A stretch of DNA of 64,000 bases from an uncultured virus (IMG/VR IMGVR_UViG_3300042540_000426) (IMGVR_UViG_3300042540_000426); one strand, 5' to 3'. Shown: positions 19,254 through 29,443, counted from the stretch's first letter. Numbers and translations: made by a program. Notes: generated from the sequence alone by a model not told the origin.

Positions 19254-20633
19254 TTAAGCAAACGCTTTATAAGCGCCTAGTGCGCCAAGACCCAAGCCCA
19301 TAGCTTGTTGACCAAATCCAGGCTGAGCCTGATATTGCTGTGTAGTAGCTTGTTGTAGCGGCAGACCACGTAGCATCGCATTGAGCATACCCAACTGCAT
19401 AAACGGATACTGCTGGGCGGTAGCGTAGTCTTGAATAGCCTGATTAATCTTCTGTTGTTCAAGCTGTTGTTGTTGCGCGCCCATCTGGGACTGCAACCCA
19501 ATAATGTCTCGCTCAGTACCAAACTGAGCACCACCTAACTGCCCTAATGTACCAGCAGCTTGTGTAGCCGCGCCTAAACCACCTAGTCCGTACTGCCCAG
19601 CGCCAATAGCCTGTCCAATACCTTGTAGCCCAACACCAGCACCTTGCATACCCTGAGCAGTACCAGCCAAACCTAATTGACCAGCAGCTTGCTGAGCGCC
19701 GACACCTTGTAATCCAATACCAGCACCCTGCATGCCTAAACCAAGACCGCCATAGCCAGCCTGTAAACCCTGCAAGCCTAACTGTGCGCCAAATTGTTGT
19801 TGGCGTTGAGCATCTTCAAAGGCTTTCTGAGAACCTGTTGCTGCAATACCTTGTAGTTGTGAACCCAAAGCACGCTCAGCTTCTGCTTCCATAATTGCTT
19901 GACGGCTACCACCAAATGCGCCTGAAGCCAACGCCTGTTTTGCACGCATAGGTCTAGCAATTTCAAAATCACGAAGAGCTTGCATCTTTTGGTAGTCGAC
20001 CACATTCTGCATGTACGGCGACATGTATGCGGCTGTAGCCTCTGGGCTAGTAGCCTGACGAGCAAATGCTTCACCTGCACCAAAGCCTTGTTCTGCAGCT
20101 TCTACACCACGACCACCATATCCAGCGCCTAATCCACCATATAGTCCAGCTTGTTGTGCGGTTTGTTGTGCACGGGCCAATGCTTGTTCTGCACCAAGAC
20201 CACCATATTCAGCGCCGGTAGCACCGTAACCAAGGGCTTGACCGCCCAAAGCACCAGCTTGTTCAGCGGCACTTAAACCACCTACACCAGCGGCACCAGC
20301 TAAACCGGTGCCCAAACCAAACTGTCCGGGGGTTGTAAGGTTGTACGCAGCTTGTTGTGCAGACTGTTGTAGGGGAGAGAAGCCTGCAAAGTAGTTATTT
20401 ACGTCTGTGCTGTATGGCTGATATGGACGGAAAGTCGTCATATCGTCGTTGTAAATCTGCGCTTGGGCAGACTGAAGCATGTTCTCTACATAGGGACGTG
20501 CATACTCAGGTACATTTGAAGAGTATGTAGTAGATGTTTGTGGGCCGCCACCGCCACCACCTGAACCACCGCCAAAAGGTGTGCGTCGACCTTCCCAAGT
20601 CCAGCCGCTGTGTTTGCTTCTTAATATGCTCAT
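19254..20633 (-). CDS. Gly/Gln-rich pilot-like ejection protein
   Basis: Leader then GGGSGGGGGG; YMSPYMQNVV and GAFGGSRQ motifs; hydrophobic Gly-rich C-terminus. Confidence 0.7.
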   Translation of the reverse strand: MSILRSKHSGWTWEGRRTPFGGGSGGGGGGPQTSTTYSSNVPEYARPYVENMLQSAQAQIYNDDMTTFRPYQPYSTDVNNYFAGFSPLQQSAQQAAYNLTTPGQFGLGTGLAGAAGVGGLSAAEQAGALGGQALGYGATGAEYGGLGAEQALARAQQTAQQAGLYGGLGAGYGGRGVEAAEQGFGAGEAFARQATSPEATAAYMSPYMQNVVDYQKMQALRDFEIARPMRAKQALASGAFGGSRQAIMEAEAERALGSQLQGIAATGSQKAFEDAQRQQQFGAQLGLQGLQAGYGGLGLGMQGAGIGLQGVGAQQAAGQLGLAGTAQGMQGAGVGLQGIGQAIGAGQYGLGGLGAATQAAGTLGQLGGAQFGTERDIIGLQSQMGAQQQQLEQQKINQAIQDYATAQQYPFMQLGMLNAMLRGLPLQQATTQQYQAQPGFGQQAMGLGLGALGAYKAFA

Positions 20634-21043
20634 ATTCTTGCCTCTACAATTCTGTAGCGTTCTTTAAACCCATACCGCGTCCAAAGCCTGGCGATGGCTT
20701 CCCTTGCGGCACCTTGTATTTTAGTAGCGCCATAGCTTTTTAACAATCCAGAAAACTGCTTATATGTGTCCTGATTGCTAATTAGCTTACCTCCAATCGC
20801 AATTACAAATGCAACTCGATCATTAGGCATATTAAAAAAATTAACTGCTGCCGCGCCTTTGATCGTATTTTCTTCATCAACTGCCACTACCAACAGCCAG
20901 TCACCTCGTGCAAGCATTCCTTTAGCTTGCTCAACGGTATAGTCATCTTCGCCCCACTTTAACGCTTCAGCTAAAAACCCTTCCACCAAAGGCCAAGTCT
21001 GATGAAAGTAAGCCACGCCAACGGGTTGAATGGTTAAATTCAT
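20630..21043 (-). CDS. GNAT-like acyltransferase associated with ejection proteins
   Basis: Size, position and C-terminal GATKIQGAAREAIARLWTRYGFK fit GNAT-like genes preceding podovirus internal proteins. Confidence 0.6.
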   Translation of the reverse strand: MNLTIQPVGVAYFHQTWPLVEGFLAEALKWGEDDYTVEQAKGMLARGDWLLVVAVDEENTIKGAAAVNFFNMPNDRVAFVIAIGGKLISNQDTYKQFSGLLKSYGATKIQGAAREAIARLWTRYGFKERYRIVEARI

Positions 21044-21513
21044 TAGCTGCTCTGGTAGCTGTAGTAATTGTCTTGTTGCTGTTGCTGTTGCTGTTGCTGT
21101 TGTGCTTCCAACTCCGCAATTCTTGATCTAGCTGCATCTAAATCTGATTTATACACGCTAGGCTTTACCCGACTTAAATTTTGTTGCGCTTGTTGGATGT
21201 TTGGGCGATAGCTCAAAGCGGGACTTCTATACATTGGCATCTGCATTTGCATAGGCATGCGCATCTGGGGATTGCTAAACATAGAATAAAGTTGTTGCAA
21301 CCCCTGTAACCTTTGCATTTGTGGGTTAAACATCGGCTGTTGCTGACGCATCATCATTTGCTGCACAACCGGGGAAATCTGTTGTGGGGCTTGTTGTTGC
21401 ACCATTTCAGGAGGTGGCCCCATACCAGGCCCGCCAGTTACTAAACCAGGTGATGCTTGTGGGGTTGTTGAACCCCCTTGTTGTTGCGTTGCCGCAGCCG
21501 TTACTCCACCCAT
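21043..21513 (-). CDS. Gln/Met/Pro-rich low-complexity protein
   Basis: Coupled on both sides; poly-Q run near the C-terminus. Confidence 0.65.
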   Translation of the reverse strand: MGGVTAAATQQQGGSTTPQASPGLVTGGPGMGPPPEMVQQQAPQQISPVVQQMMMRQQQPMFNPQMQRLQGLQQLYSMFSNPQMRMPMQMQMPMYRSPALSYRPNIQQAQQNLSRVKPSVYKSDLDAARSRIAELEAQQQQQQQQQQDNYYSYQSS

Positions 21514-22976
21514 TACGCCATCCTCGGAATAAATTTATCTGTCTTTACAGCAGGCGCTTGCTTCTTTTTACCTGTTCTAGCCTGACGAACCCTGTCCATC
21601 ATGGCGTAAAGTTTTCTTGCACCTGCATCAGTAGAACCGTTACCAAGGTGGCTAACTACGTCCGCCGGTACCACAAACTCTCCATCAGCCAATCGGGCAG
21701 GTTGCTTTCCACCAATAACGCCAGGTATAGAGTCAGACATCCCATCACCAGGACCTTTAAGCATCCTGCCACCATCTGAGTACCCTCCCAAGTCTGCGAT
21801 ACCCCCGCGCGCCATACCAGCCGCAGCAATTAACGGGTTTGATTTTTGATAAGAAGGTTCGGATTCTAAAATCTCCATGCTAGCTGGGCGTTGGCTAGGG
21901 GTAGCGTATTGAGTCTTGTCAATCATGCCTTGAGGATATAAGCCGCCTTGGGGATTAATTGAGGTGTTCATAGAAGTCATGCGCTCAACCGGGCCACCGC
22001 CGTTGGCTAGGGCAACAATACCGCCAGAAGCTGCATAAACCGGATACTGCGCGCGGTAATATGGGTTGGGGCGTACAGGGGCTTGCGCACGGAAGTTTGG
22101 CGATATGCGCTTTAAAATGCTTTCTTCTTCAGCGTTAGTTGGTAGTTGTCCTGGCGGAGCGTTTAACGCCGCTAAACCTAAAGCACCTGCGGTTGTGTAT
22201 CCAGCTTTTTCCCAGTCGCTTTGCTTGTTCCACCAATCACCAATACCACCTTTACCTGTTTGTGCTGTTTGAGCGCCGGGTTGTTGCGCTGCCATCTTTG
22301 TGTAAATGTCACCCGTTTCAGGATTTACGGCTTGATTTGGGCCAGGAGTCATTGCCTGAGCAGGCGTTCCAGGCGGGGTGGTTACTAACGCATTAGGGTT
22401 ATATGGTTGATTTGCGGGTACGGCGGGGGCACCACCAGTTGCAGCAACGTCTGCAGGAACGCTAAGAGGTTGAACAGGAGCGGCTGCAGTTGCTTTTGAT
22501 GCTTCTGCCAACATAGCATTAGGCTCTGAAACAAGTTGAGAAGCAGACACATCGCCGCCCGGAGCACCACCAAAAGCCCCCATGCCACCAGCAAGAGCCC
22601 CACCTAAACCACCCATCAATGCCCCACGACCAAAATCTTGTCCTTGAATAGCAGAACTAGCCCCGCCAATAAGAGCGCCTGAGCCCGCACCAGCAAGGAT
22701 TGCAGCAGTAGTTGGCCCCATACCCGCACTAACCAACATAGGCGCCGCAGCACCGGCTGTAAAGTACGTAGCAGCACCTGCTGCCACAATCGGGAGAATA
22801 TCTTCTAAAAAGCCTGCTTCGGGTAAACCCGTATCTGGGTTAGTGGCTAAAGAGCCACCTTTGGCTTTTGCCAAGGCTTGTAAACCCTGAACTTCGCGCG
22901 GGGTCATATGCACGAGCATTTTGTCGCGACCACGACCTTTTTGTGCAATATGTTGTGCGGCAGCGTGCAGACTCAT
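21513..22976 (-). CDS. probable internal virion protein
   Basis: LVHMTPRE...NPDTGLPE; Gly-rich hydrophobic hairpins; C-terminal GPGDGMSDSIP...LADGEFVVPAD. Confidence 0.7.
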   Translation of the reverse strand: MSLHAAAQHIAQKGRGRDKMLVHMTPREVQGLQALAKAKGGSLATNPDTGLPEAGFLEDILPIVAAGAATYFTAGAAAPMLVSAGMGPTTAAILAGAGSGALIGGASSAIQGQDFGRGALMGGLGGALAGGMGAFGGAPGGDVSASQLVSEPNAMLAEASKATAAAPVQPLSVPADVAATGGAPAVPANQPYNPNALVTTPPGTPAQAMTPGPNQAVNPETGDIYTKMAAQQPGAQTAQTGKGGIGDWWNKQSDWEKAGYTTAGALGLAALNAPPGQLPTNAEEESILKRISPNFRAQAPVRPNPYYRAQYPVYAASGGIVALANGGGPVERMTSMNTSINPQGGLYPQGMIDKTQYATPSQRPASMEILESEPSYQKSNPLIAAAGMARGGIADLGGYSDGGRMLKGPGDGMSDSIPGVIGGKQPARLADGEFVVPADVVSHLGNGSTDAGARKLYAMMDRVRQARTGKKKQAPAVKTDKFIPRMA

Positions 22977-23004
22977 AAATGCCTCATGGGGTTGATTTTA
23001 AGGA

Positions 23005-23013
23005 AGTTTATCA
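23005..23013 (-). promoter_or_regulatory. possible extended -10 promoter for the ejection cassette
   Basis: Minus strand TGA-TAAACT in the intergenic gap before ATG 22976. Confidence 0.35.
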
Positions 23014-23025
23014 TGTCATTGCTTT

Positions 23026-23325
23026 TTAAACCACAGTTCCAGTGGCATCTATCCAGTTTGTTCCGTCATACCAAATAGGTAGTCCAGTAGAACCCAAATC
23101 AGTATCAAAGTAATATTGTCCTATTTGAACTCTATCGGTTGGTCTATTTGCAGTTGTGCCAGAAGAAGGTATGTAAAGGGCTTGAGCAAAGTTATCAATT
23201 TGGTTGAAGTACAGACGTAAGGCGTTGTTCAGTTGATCTTGATATAGCTGTGCATATTGCACAGGGGCAACTAAAAGGTTAGGCGCTTTTGGCGGGCGAA
23301 GTGGAACGTTTCTTTCAATTGTCAT
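23026..23325 (-). CDS. small virion-associated protein
   Basis: GTTANRP...GQYYFDT...PIWYDG fibre-like motif. Confidence 0.6.
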   Translation of the reverse strand: MTIERNVPLRPPKAPNLLVAPVQYAQLYQDQLNNALRLYFNQIDNFAQALYIPSSGTTANRPTDRVQIGQYYFDTDLGSTGLPIWYDGTNWIDATGTVV

Positions 23326-25544
23326 CTGCGACCGTCATTTCTGATATCTATGCGAGGAGTACCAAGCTGCCACGCTACACCTAAATCGGTTGAAGTAATT
23401 CTGAACGCCATCTGGCGACCCCGTAGGCGGGTATATACCTGACCATCAAATAACTGCACGTCATAGTTGCGTTGGCTTGTGTAGTTTTGAGCGCTATCTA
23501 CTTCTGGCGAATCTGCTACTCCGTAGTTAGTTCCTGAGTTTCTACGGGGGCGAACCGTCATGGTTACTTTGGGCTGGTTAACATTAGAGCCGTTAAACGT
23601 AATGTCGGGTAGTATGCGCCATACAAAGCCAAAGTTATGCCCATCACCAATGTCAAAGTCTGAGGATTGTATATACGCCTCGATTGGCACAGGGGTTAGT
23701 CCAGATACGTCATCTACTGCGGCTTCGTGATACAGGATTCTGTTATTTAATACATCGGCAGCCATTGGGTATTGGCGTAATGGCGAATCTAGCCAGAAAC
23801 TACGCTCCATAGTGCCATACGCCCATGTACGCTCAAGGTAGTTGTATACGACATACTTATCAATGACGTTACTGTTTTGCGAGCAGTAGAACCACCAGAC
23901 TTCGCTATAGCGTTCGTTCGATCCAGCAACAACTTGAAAGGCTTGGTCTTTATTAATGTCATTAAATATGTACTGCCAGATAGCGCAAGGTAGGGTTTCA
24001 ACACGACCAGAGTACATGAAGAACTTATCTGTACCCATCCAGTAAGTTACGTTGTTAATCGTAATTGTGGCGTTTGGCCCCATCACAGATATATTGTCTT
24101 GCAACAGCTGAAAACCCCAGATATAGGGTGGTCCAAGGTACTGCATGGAGTAAATAGCTGCATCCGACCAAACCAGAATCTCTTGACGGGTAGACTCAGC
24201 GCACATAATAAATGAGCCAATATTGAGGCGGTATTCACCCGACTGGTTGGTAGCTTCTGGGACCCACATAAAAGGATCTTCTTGATCTGACCAGCGTACT
24301 AATAAGGGGTCAAATATATTATTGGGGTCTGTCGGGTCATAAGAATTAGAGCCAAAGCAAATGACAAATCGCTGAATTGACGACCCAATAACTTGGTTGG
24401 TTCTGTTAGGTACAAAGTCCGCATAGGTATAAGAAGTGCCTGGAACCGTTGAGCCAGAAGCCAAAGTGCTTAATTCCACCGCCCGCACTGTAAGTCCAAG
24501 AGTCGCATCCCAGTAATAAATAGCACCGCCACGGGGGGCAATAATTAAATCTTCACCAAAGTTGTCGTTTGTCCACAATCTTAATTGCTGACCAATACCC
24601 ACATCAGCAGCTGCGCCCCACCCTCGGACAGGAGCCACAGGGGTAGAAACTACAACAGTCCCTCCAGTAGGGCCTGCAGAGCTAGTAGTGTAAGTGTTAG
24701 AGCCAATAACAGTAGAAAAGGTGTAGGCATTTGCGTTGACCACCGTGATAAGAAAGGCTTTAGTAATCGGCGCTGCTGCAATGCCACATACGTTGCCAGA
24801 GATGCTGTTAAAAGCTACATAGTTACCATTAGATAATCCATGCGCTGTTTGCGTTACTGTAACAGTTGTTGTGCTAATCGTAGAAGTAAATGGGTTAGTT
24901 AGCGTGGTTGTAATGTAAGAAGGCCATGTACCAGCACCCCAGCCAGTACCTTGAATAAATACGTCCAAGCCAGTCTGGATTTGAAAAGCAGCGTTAATGG
25001 TGTTTCCGCCGCCAGCAGCCACGGTTGTATTAGCCGTGTTTGCCACCACAAAACTAAAGCGGCTTGTATCTATATATGTAATCTGGTGTTCTTGGTTTAG
25101 ATCAGCGGCAGTAATTGAACCAATGGCATTAGCACCTGATACAGTTACAAAGTCATTAGTAAGGCCACCGTAACTTGGAATGGTTACAGTAACTACATTT
25201 GAACCGTTAGTTGTAGCAATGCAGTTAACAGTATTTGGTGAAGTATTAGCGGTAAACGTAATGCGTATTGGGGTGATGTCGTTGTAGTCGCCGCCTTCTT
25301 CAATGTAGTACTTTAAGTTAGTGCCAACACCTAATAAATTTGAGCCGTCTAGCGTGATCCAGTTCCATAACGCACGGCAAACACCTAAGAAGGTTTCGTT
25401 TGATAGCCGAATCCAACCACCAATTTTTTCAGGGAAGCCAGAGCGAAACCGCACTTTATCACATGCGTACCAGCCGCCCTCGTTGGAGTAATCGGTACCT
25501 TCTCGGTTAATTCCTGGGCGGAACTGCAATTTCTGTAATGGCAT
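23322..25544 (-). CDS. tail tubular B/hub (P22 gp10-like) protein
   Basis: 740 aa, beta-rich, LLVRWSDQED; lies upstream of the ejection genes. Confidence 0.7.
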   Translation of the reverse strand: MPLQKLQFRPGINREGTDYSNEGGWYACDKVRFRSGFPEKIGGWIRLSNETFLGVCRALWNWITLDGSNLLGVGTNLKYYIEEGGDYNDITPIRITFTANTSPNTVNCIATTNGSNVVTVTIPSYGGLTNDFVTVSGANAIGSITAADLNQEHQITYIDTSRFSFVVANTANTTVAAGGGNTINAAFQIQTGLDVFIQGTGWGAGTWPSYITTTLTNPFTSTISTTTVTVTQTAHGLSNGNYVAFNSISGNVCGIAAAPITKAFLITVVNANAYTFSTVIGSNTYTTSSAGPTGGTVVVSTPVAPVRGWGAAADVGIGQQLRLWTNDNFGEDLIIAPRGGAIYYWDATLGLTVRAVELSTLASGSTVPGTSYTYADFVPNRTNQVIGSSIQRFVICFGSNSYDPTDPNNIFDPLLVRWSDQEDPFMWVPEATNQSGEYRLNIGSFIMCAESTRQEILVWSDAAIYSMQYLGPPYIWGFQLLQDNISVMGPNATITINNVTYWMGTDKFFMYSGRVETLPCAIWQYIFNDINKDQAFQVVAGSNERYSEVWWFYCSQNSNVIDKYVVYNYLERTWAYGTMERSFWLDSPLRQYPMAADVLNNRILYHEAAVDDVSGLTPVPIEAYIQSSDFDIGDGHNFGFVWRILPDITFNGSNVNQPKVTMTVRPRRNSGTNYGVADSPEVDSAQNYTSQRNYDVQLFDGQVYTRLRGRQMAFRITSTDLGVAWQLGTPRIDIRNDGRR

Positions 25545-25547
25545 GAT

Positions 25548-26141
25548 TTACCCTAATACGGATTCGGCTTTCTGGATAGCGGCTTTCCTAGCATCTAAGC
25601 CAAGTAAACCTCCGTTAATTCTCTTTGTCATTGTCTCAATATCTGCCTTATCTGCCAAGTCATTAAGGTTATGTTTGTTCCAAAACCACCCAGCGCTTAG
25701 AGCCGCATATTTAGGCTCCAACAGCAAATCAGGATTGCCGACAAGATCCACACCCAGACCAGATCCACATCGGTCATAATTCTCTTTGCCAGTCAGTTGT
25801 TTAATACCACGACCACGGTACTTCCAGCCTTCACCCGTTTCTTCTGTGCCGTTGCCCATGCGCCCACCGTACACCTTATTGGCAATCTTTTCAGGGTTAC
25901 GGGCATACTGGTTTGCCATTTCTTCCGTTGGGAATCTAGAGGGCCATGTAGCCATCAACGCCTTGGCACTGTAGTTTAGGTTCTCTTCAAGGAGCTTAAA
26001 GCCACCAGACTCGTGCATGCACTGCCCAATAAAGGCTGCCTGACGCTTAGCCGTATCAATGCCGTATTTCTCAAAAGTTTCTTTGAGCGGCTCTAGCCAT
26101 TTACCGTCAATACCAAGAGCAATAAGTTGGGACTCAAGCAT
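25548..26141 (-). CDS. GH19 endolysin
   Basis: QCMHESGGF, LEENLNYS, YRGRGIKQLTGKENY, TKRINGG. Confidence 0.92.
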   Translation of the reverse strand: MLESQLIALGIDGKWLEPLKETFEKYGIDTAKRQAAFIGQCMHESGGFKLLEENLNYSAKALMATWPSRFPTEEMANQYARNPEKIANKVYGGRMGNGTEETGEGWKYRGRGIKQLTGKENYDRCGSGLGVDLVGNPDLLLEPKYAALSAGWFWNKHNLNDLADKADIETMTKRINGGLLGLDARKAAIQKAESVLG

Positions 26142-26151
26142 TTTTATGTTC

Positions 26152-26655
26152 CTATTTTGTAAGCATTTTTTCTATTTCTTTGGTCTTATCTTTACTACCT
26201 TGACTTGATCCAAAGTAAAACGACAGCACTTGACCAGCTGCACTGGTAATAAAACCAAGGGCAAAAATAATGATTTGTTGTTGGTCGGTAGGAGTATTTA
26301 CAAACATTAAGATCCCGATTAGGGTAAAGGCTAGACCTACAACTCCCAAGGCAAGTACAGGAACAACAACCTTTTCAAGGCCTGACGCATTTTCACTGGT
26401 CGCTACCGCAGCATAGGCTTGTCTTGCTGAATCACGGTCTTGTACTTCTAACTTGGCATACTCAAGGTCAAGCTCTTTTAACTTCATAGCCATCTCAGGA
26501 TTGCCTGTAAGCGCCTTTGTAACACCTTCTATGGTGTCATCAGGAATACCAAGTTTTGAGGCTATCCAACCTACAGCAGCGCCACCAGCAGGGCCAGCCA
26601 CAGCAGTTGCTAGAGCAGGAGCAACGCCTTTTAGTATGCTTAGTAACGTATCCAT
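26152..26655 (-). CDS. holin-like membrane protein
   Basis: Two C-terminal TM helices ending SFYFGSSQGSKDK; adjacent to the endolysin. Confidence 0.6.
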   Translation of the reverse strand: MDTLLSILKGVAPALATAVAGPAGGAAVGWIASKLGIPDDTIEGVTKALTGNPEMAMKLKELDLEYAKLEVQDRDSARQAYAAVATSENASGLEKVVVPVLALGVVGLAFTLIGILMFVNTPTDQQQIIIFALGFITSAAGQVLSFYFGSSQGSKDKTKEIEKMLTK

Positions 26656-27107
26656 TATTTCTTACTCCCCCATACTATGTAATACGCAATCCAGGCTGCT
26701 ACTAAAAAGCACCAGAACTGCACCCATTTAACTTTTGCCAACTCCGCATCAAAAAACTTCTGGTCTTCTTTCTCCAGCCGTTCAATCTCAGTCTTGATGT
26801 CTATTAACTTCTGCCATTCTTTCGTACCATGCTGCTTTATAAAATCAATCCTTAGCTTGTACTCCTCATCCGAAATCTTTTTGCGGTGACGGTACTCCTC
26901 AAGGGCTTTGTATATTGCTCTGGACTTCTTTAGCTCGGCTTCTCTGCGCTCCCGTATTCTGTCTTGCGCCTTCTTCCTTGCTAGGTCTACTGCCTCCTTT
27001 TGAACATCCTCGATGTTCTTACCAATTTCTTTGCCAGCCTCTCGACCAGTCTTAAATCCTTCACTGATCCCCTTGGCACCAGCCCCCAATCCGAGTTCGT
27101 CTGGCAT
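26655..27107 (-). CDS. coiled-coil protein with C-terminal TM anchor
   Basis: WVQFWCFLVAAWIAYYIVWG terminus; in the lysis region. Confidence 0.6.
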   Translation of the reverse strand: MPDELGLGAGAKGISEGFKTGREAGKEIGKNIEDVQKEAVDLARKKAQDRIRERREAELKKSRAIYKALEEYRHRKKISDEEYKLRIDFIKQHGTKEWQKLIDIKTEIERLEKEDQKFFDAELAKVKWVQFWCFLVAAWIAYYIVWGSKK

Positions 27108-27110
27108 ATC

Positions 27111-27323
27111 TCACCGTAAAACGCCCCCACCAAAGGACATATTGGCTACCAAAATAGCTACATGCTTTTCTGGCTCCTCAAGGCTATGCCCACAGTCACT
27201 GCACATCTTGGCAGCAAGCTCGGCCTCAGAAACGTCATACCCACAGCTGGGGCAGTAAATCTCAATCGTATGGCGTGGCTTGAACTCGCCGCCTGTCATC
27301 TCATCTGGAATTTCTTTAATCAT
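27111..27323 (-). CDS. small Zn-ribbon protein
   Basis: CPSCG and CSDCG. Confidence 0.6.
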   Translation of the reverse strand: MIKEIPDEMTGGEFKPRHTIEIYCPSCGYDVSEAELAAKMCSDCGHSLEEPEKHVAILVANMSFGGGVLR

Positions 27324-27325
27324 AA

Positions 27326-28522
27326 TTACCTCAATTCATGCCATTGTTCAATAATAGTATCTGGGTTTGACAAAATTTCATAAGTACTACCGTTTGGAAC
27401 TATGGCGGATAAAGTTTGTGAATCACCAACAACAACGTGTGTTTGTTTTGCAACTACTCCTCCATTAACAAAAAGAGCATCAGTTGGAGTGGTACTGCTA
27501 GCTTGCTGCATAATTACAGAAACTTGAATAGGCCTTCCTGTTGAGTTTGTATAAGTTACACCGACTGATCTACTTCCTGTTACGTTTACCCATGATTGAG
27601 AAACTCCACCAAGAACCGAAGTGGCCAAAAATGCGGTAGTTGCAATAGTAGTATTGTTTGTTCCTATTGCTTGAGTAGTGGCGTTGGTGGCGTTGGTGGC
27701 GTTGGTAGCATTAGTTGCATTAGTAGCGTTGGTAGCATTTGTGGCGTTTGTGGCGTTTGTGGCGTTTGTTGCATTTGTAGCGAAAGCAACGGATTGACTA
27801 CCGATATTGCTGGACGTAATAAATGACCCACCAGACGCTGGGCTAGTTGCTGTGGCTGCCGTACCTGAAATACTGATGGCGTAAGTGCCTGTTAAACGAG
27901 AAGAAGATACAGTACCAGCAGAAATATTGGATGCGTTAATAGAACTAATGGTTAACCCTGCCCCACTAAAACTAGCAGCACTGACATTTCCAGTTGCCGA
28001 AACATTACCAGCAGTTGAATAGTTAAGTGCAGCAACGTTTCCTGTATAAGTAGCCGCTACTGCGTTGGTGTTGCCAGTAACGGTTAAATTGCCGTTGACT
28101 TCAAAATTGCCTACGGACTCAGTGCCAATCGCATTAAAGTTTGTGGCATCGCAATAGACCCAGACAGTCGCACCATTAGGCACAGTAACGCCTGTACCAG
28201 AAGAACCAATAATACGTACACCAAACCCACCTACTGTATTGTTTTTGACTACATACAGTTTCTCAACCAACGGGGCAATAATATCCCGCACTGCAGCATT
28301 TGTACCACCTACCACCAGCACAGCGTTGCGGGCCTCATCGGATACGCCGTTAAAGTTAGATAGCGTGTAGTTGGCATCGACCATGGTAATTGACACCACG
28401 CCAGTAATGGCTTGCTCTAGGAGTGTTCCTAGGTTGGTATTGGTAGTCTGTCCCCAAATACCCGACTGGTCGCCATCACCGATTAGCTCTAGGCGTAGTG
28501 TGGTTGAAAATGTACTTGCCAT
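27326..28522 (-). CDS. tail fibre protein
   Basis: N-terminal WGQTTNTN, NAT repeats, C-terminal SRSVGVTYTNSTGRPI tip domain. Confidence 0.75.
   Translation of the reverse strand: MASTFSTTLRLELIGDGDQSGIWGQTTNTNLGTLLEQAITGVVSITMVDANYTLSNFNGVSDEARNAVLVVGGTNAAVRDIIAPLVEKLYVVKNNTVGGFGVRIIGSSGTGVTVPNGATVWVYCDATNFNAIGTESVGNFEVNGNLTVTGNTNAVAATYTGNVAALNYSTAGNVSATGNVSAASFSGAGLTISSINASNISAGTVSSSRLTGTYAISISGTAATATSPASGGSFITSSNIGSQSVAFATNATNATNATNATNATNATNATNATNATNATNATTQAIGTNNTTIATTAFLATSVLGGVSQSWVNVTGSRSVGVTYTNSTGRPIQVSVIMQQASSTTPTDALFVNGGVVAKQTHVVVGDSQTLSAIVPNGSTYEILSNPDTIIEQWHELR
27677..27775 (-). repeat. 11 x 9-bp coding tandem repeat (Asn-Ala-Thr)
   Basis: Plus-strand units such as ggtggcgtt, tgtggcgtt, ggtagcatt. 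Confidence 0.95.
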
Positions 28523-28531
28523 AATATGTCC

Positions 28532-29443
28532 TTAATTATCAAAGCCCGAAGGCACTAATACTGGCGTCCAATTTGGACTCTGGCTCGGCGTTATTTCTGT
28601 CCAACCAGCAGCCTGAACTGGATCAATTTCCTGCCAATTTGGGGTCTGATCCGTATCAATATCACCCCAAACGTTTACGACCTTAAGTTTAACAACTGCC
28701 TTGACTCCTGTCACGTTTACGACAGCACTACCTGAGACCGAAACGTTGCCTATTACACCTACCGCATACACGCCCGTGACAAAGACTGTCGCACCGCCAG
28801 ATACGTCTACATTACCTAGTCGGCCTACTGCATAAACCCCAGTCAGGTCTATAACTGCGTCACCAGTTACCGTGACAGAGCCTGTAACGCCAATCGCAAC
28901 TACCCCAGTAACCGTGACGGTTGCACCGCCTGAGATGTCTACGTTACCAATACGCCCTACAGCGTACACGCCTGTGAGGTCTACAACAACGCTACCCGAT
29001 ACGTCTACATTACCAATACGCCCAACGGCATACACCCCAGTCACATCAACTACGGCATCGGCTTCTACCGTGACATTACCAACCCGTCCTACGGCGTATA
29101 CACCAGTCAAAGCTACATTTGCATCGGCGGTAATAGTTACATCGCCCACCCTACCGACTGCGTAAACGCCCGTAACATCAATAATTTGATCGGTTTGGAC
29201 ATCAACCGTACCCACTAATACTGGGCTATAAACGCCTGTTACGGGGACATTAGCCCCTGCCGTAACATCAACCGTGCCTACCTGACCTACGGCATAAACG
29301 CCTGTGACATCAATAATCTGGTCAGTCTGAACGTCTACGGTTCCAACCCGACCTACGGCAGTAACGCCTGTTAAATCAACGACTACACTTGTCCCACCTA
29401 GCGAGGCAAACGGGGCGCCAGCAAATGGGATGTCAGCAAACAT
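28532..29443 (-). CDS. Val/Thr/Gly-rich virion protein with ~22-aa repeats
   Basis: About 11 units like DVTGVYAVGRVGxVxVxxxAxV. Confidence 0.75.
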   Translation of the reverse strand: MFADIPFAGAPFASLGGTSVVVDLTGVTAVGRVGTVDVQTDQIIDVTGVYAVGQVGTVDVTAGANVPVTGVYSPVLVGTVDVQTDQIIDVTGVYAVGRVGDVTITADANVALTGVYAVGRVGNVTVEADAVVDVTGVYAVGRIGNVDVSGSVVVDLTGVYAVGRIGNVDISGGATVTVTGVVAIGVTGSVTVTGDAVIDLTGVYAVGRLGNVDVSGGATVFVTGVYAVGVIGNVSVSGSAVVNVTGVKAVVKLKVVNVWGDIDTDQTPNWQEIDPVQAAGWTEITPSQSPNWTPVLVPSGFDN

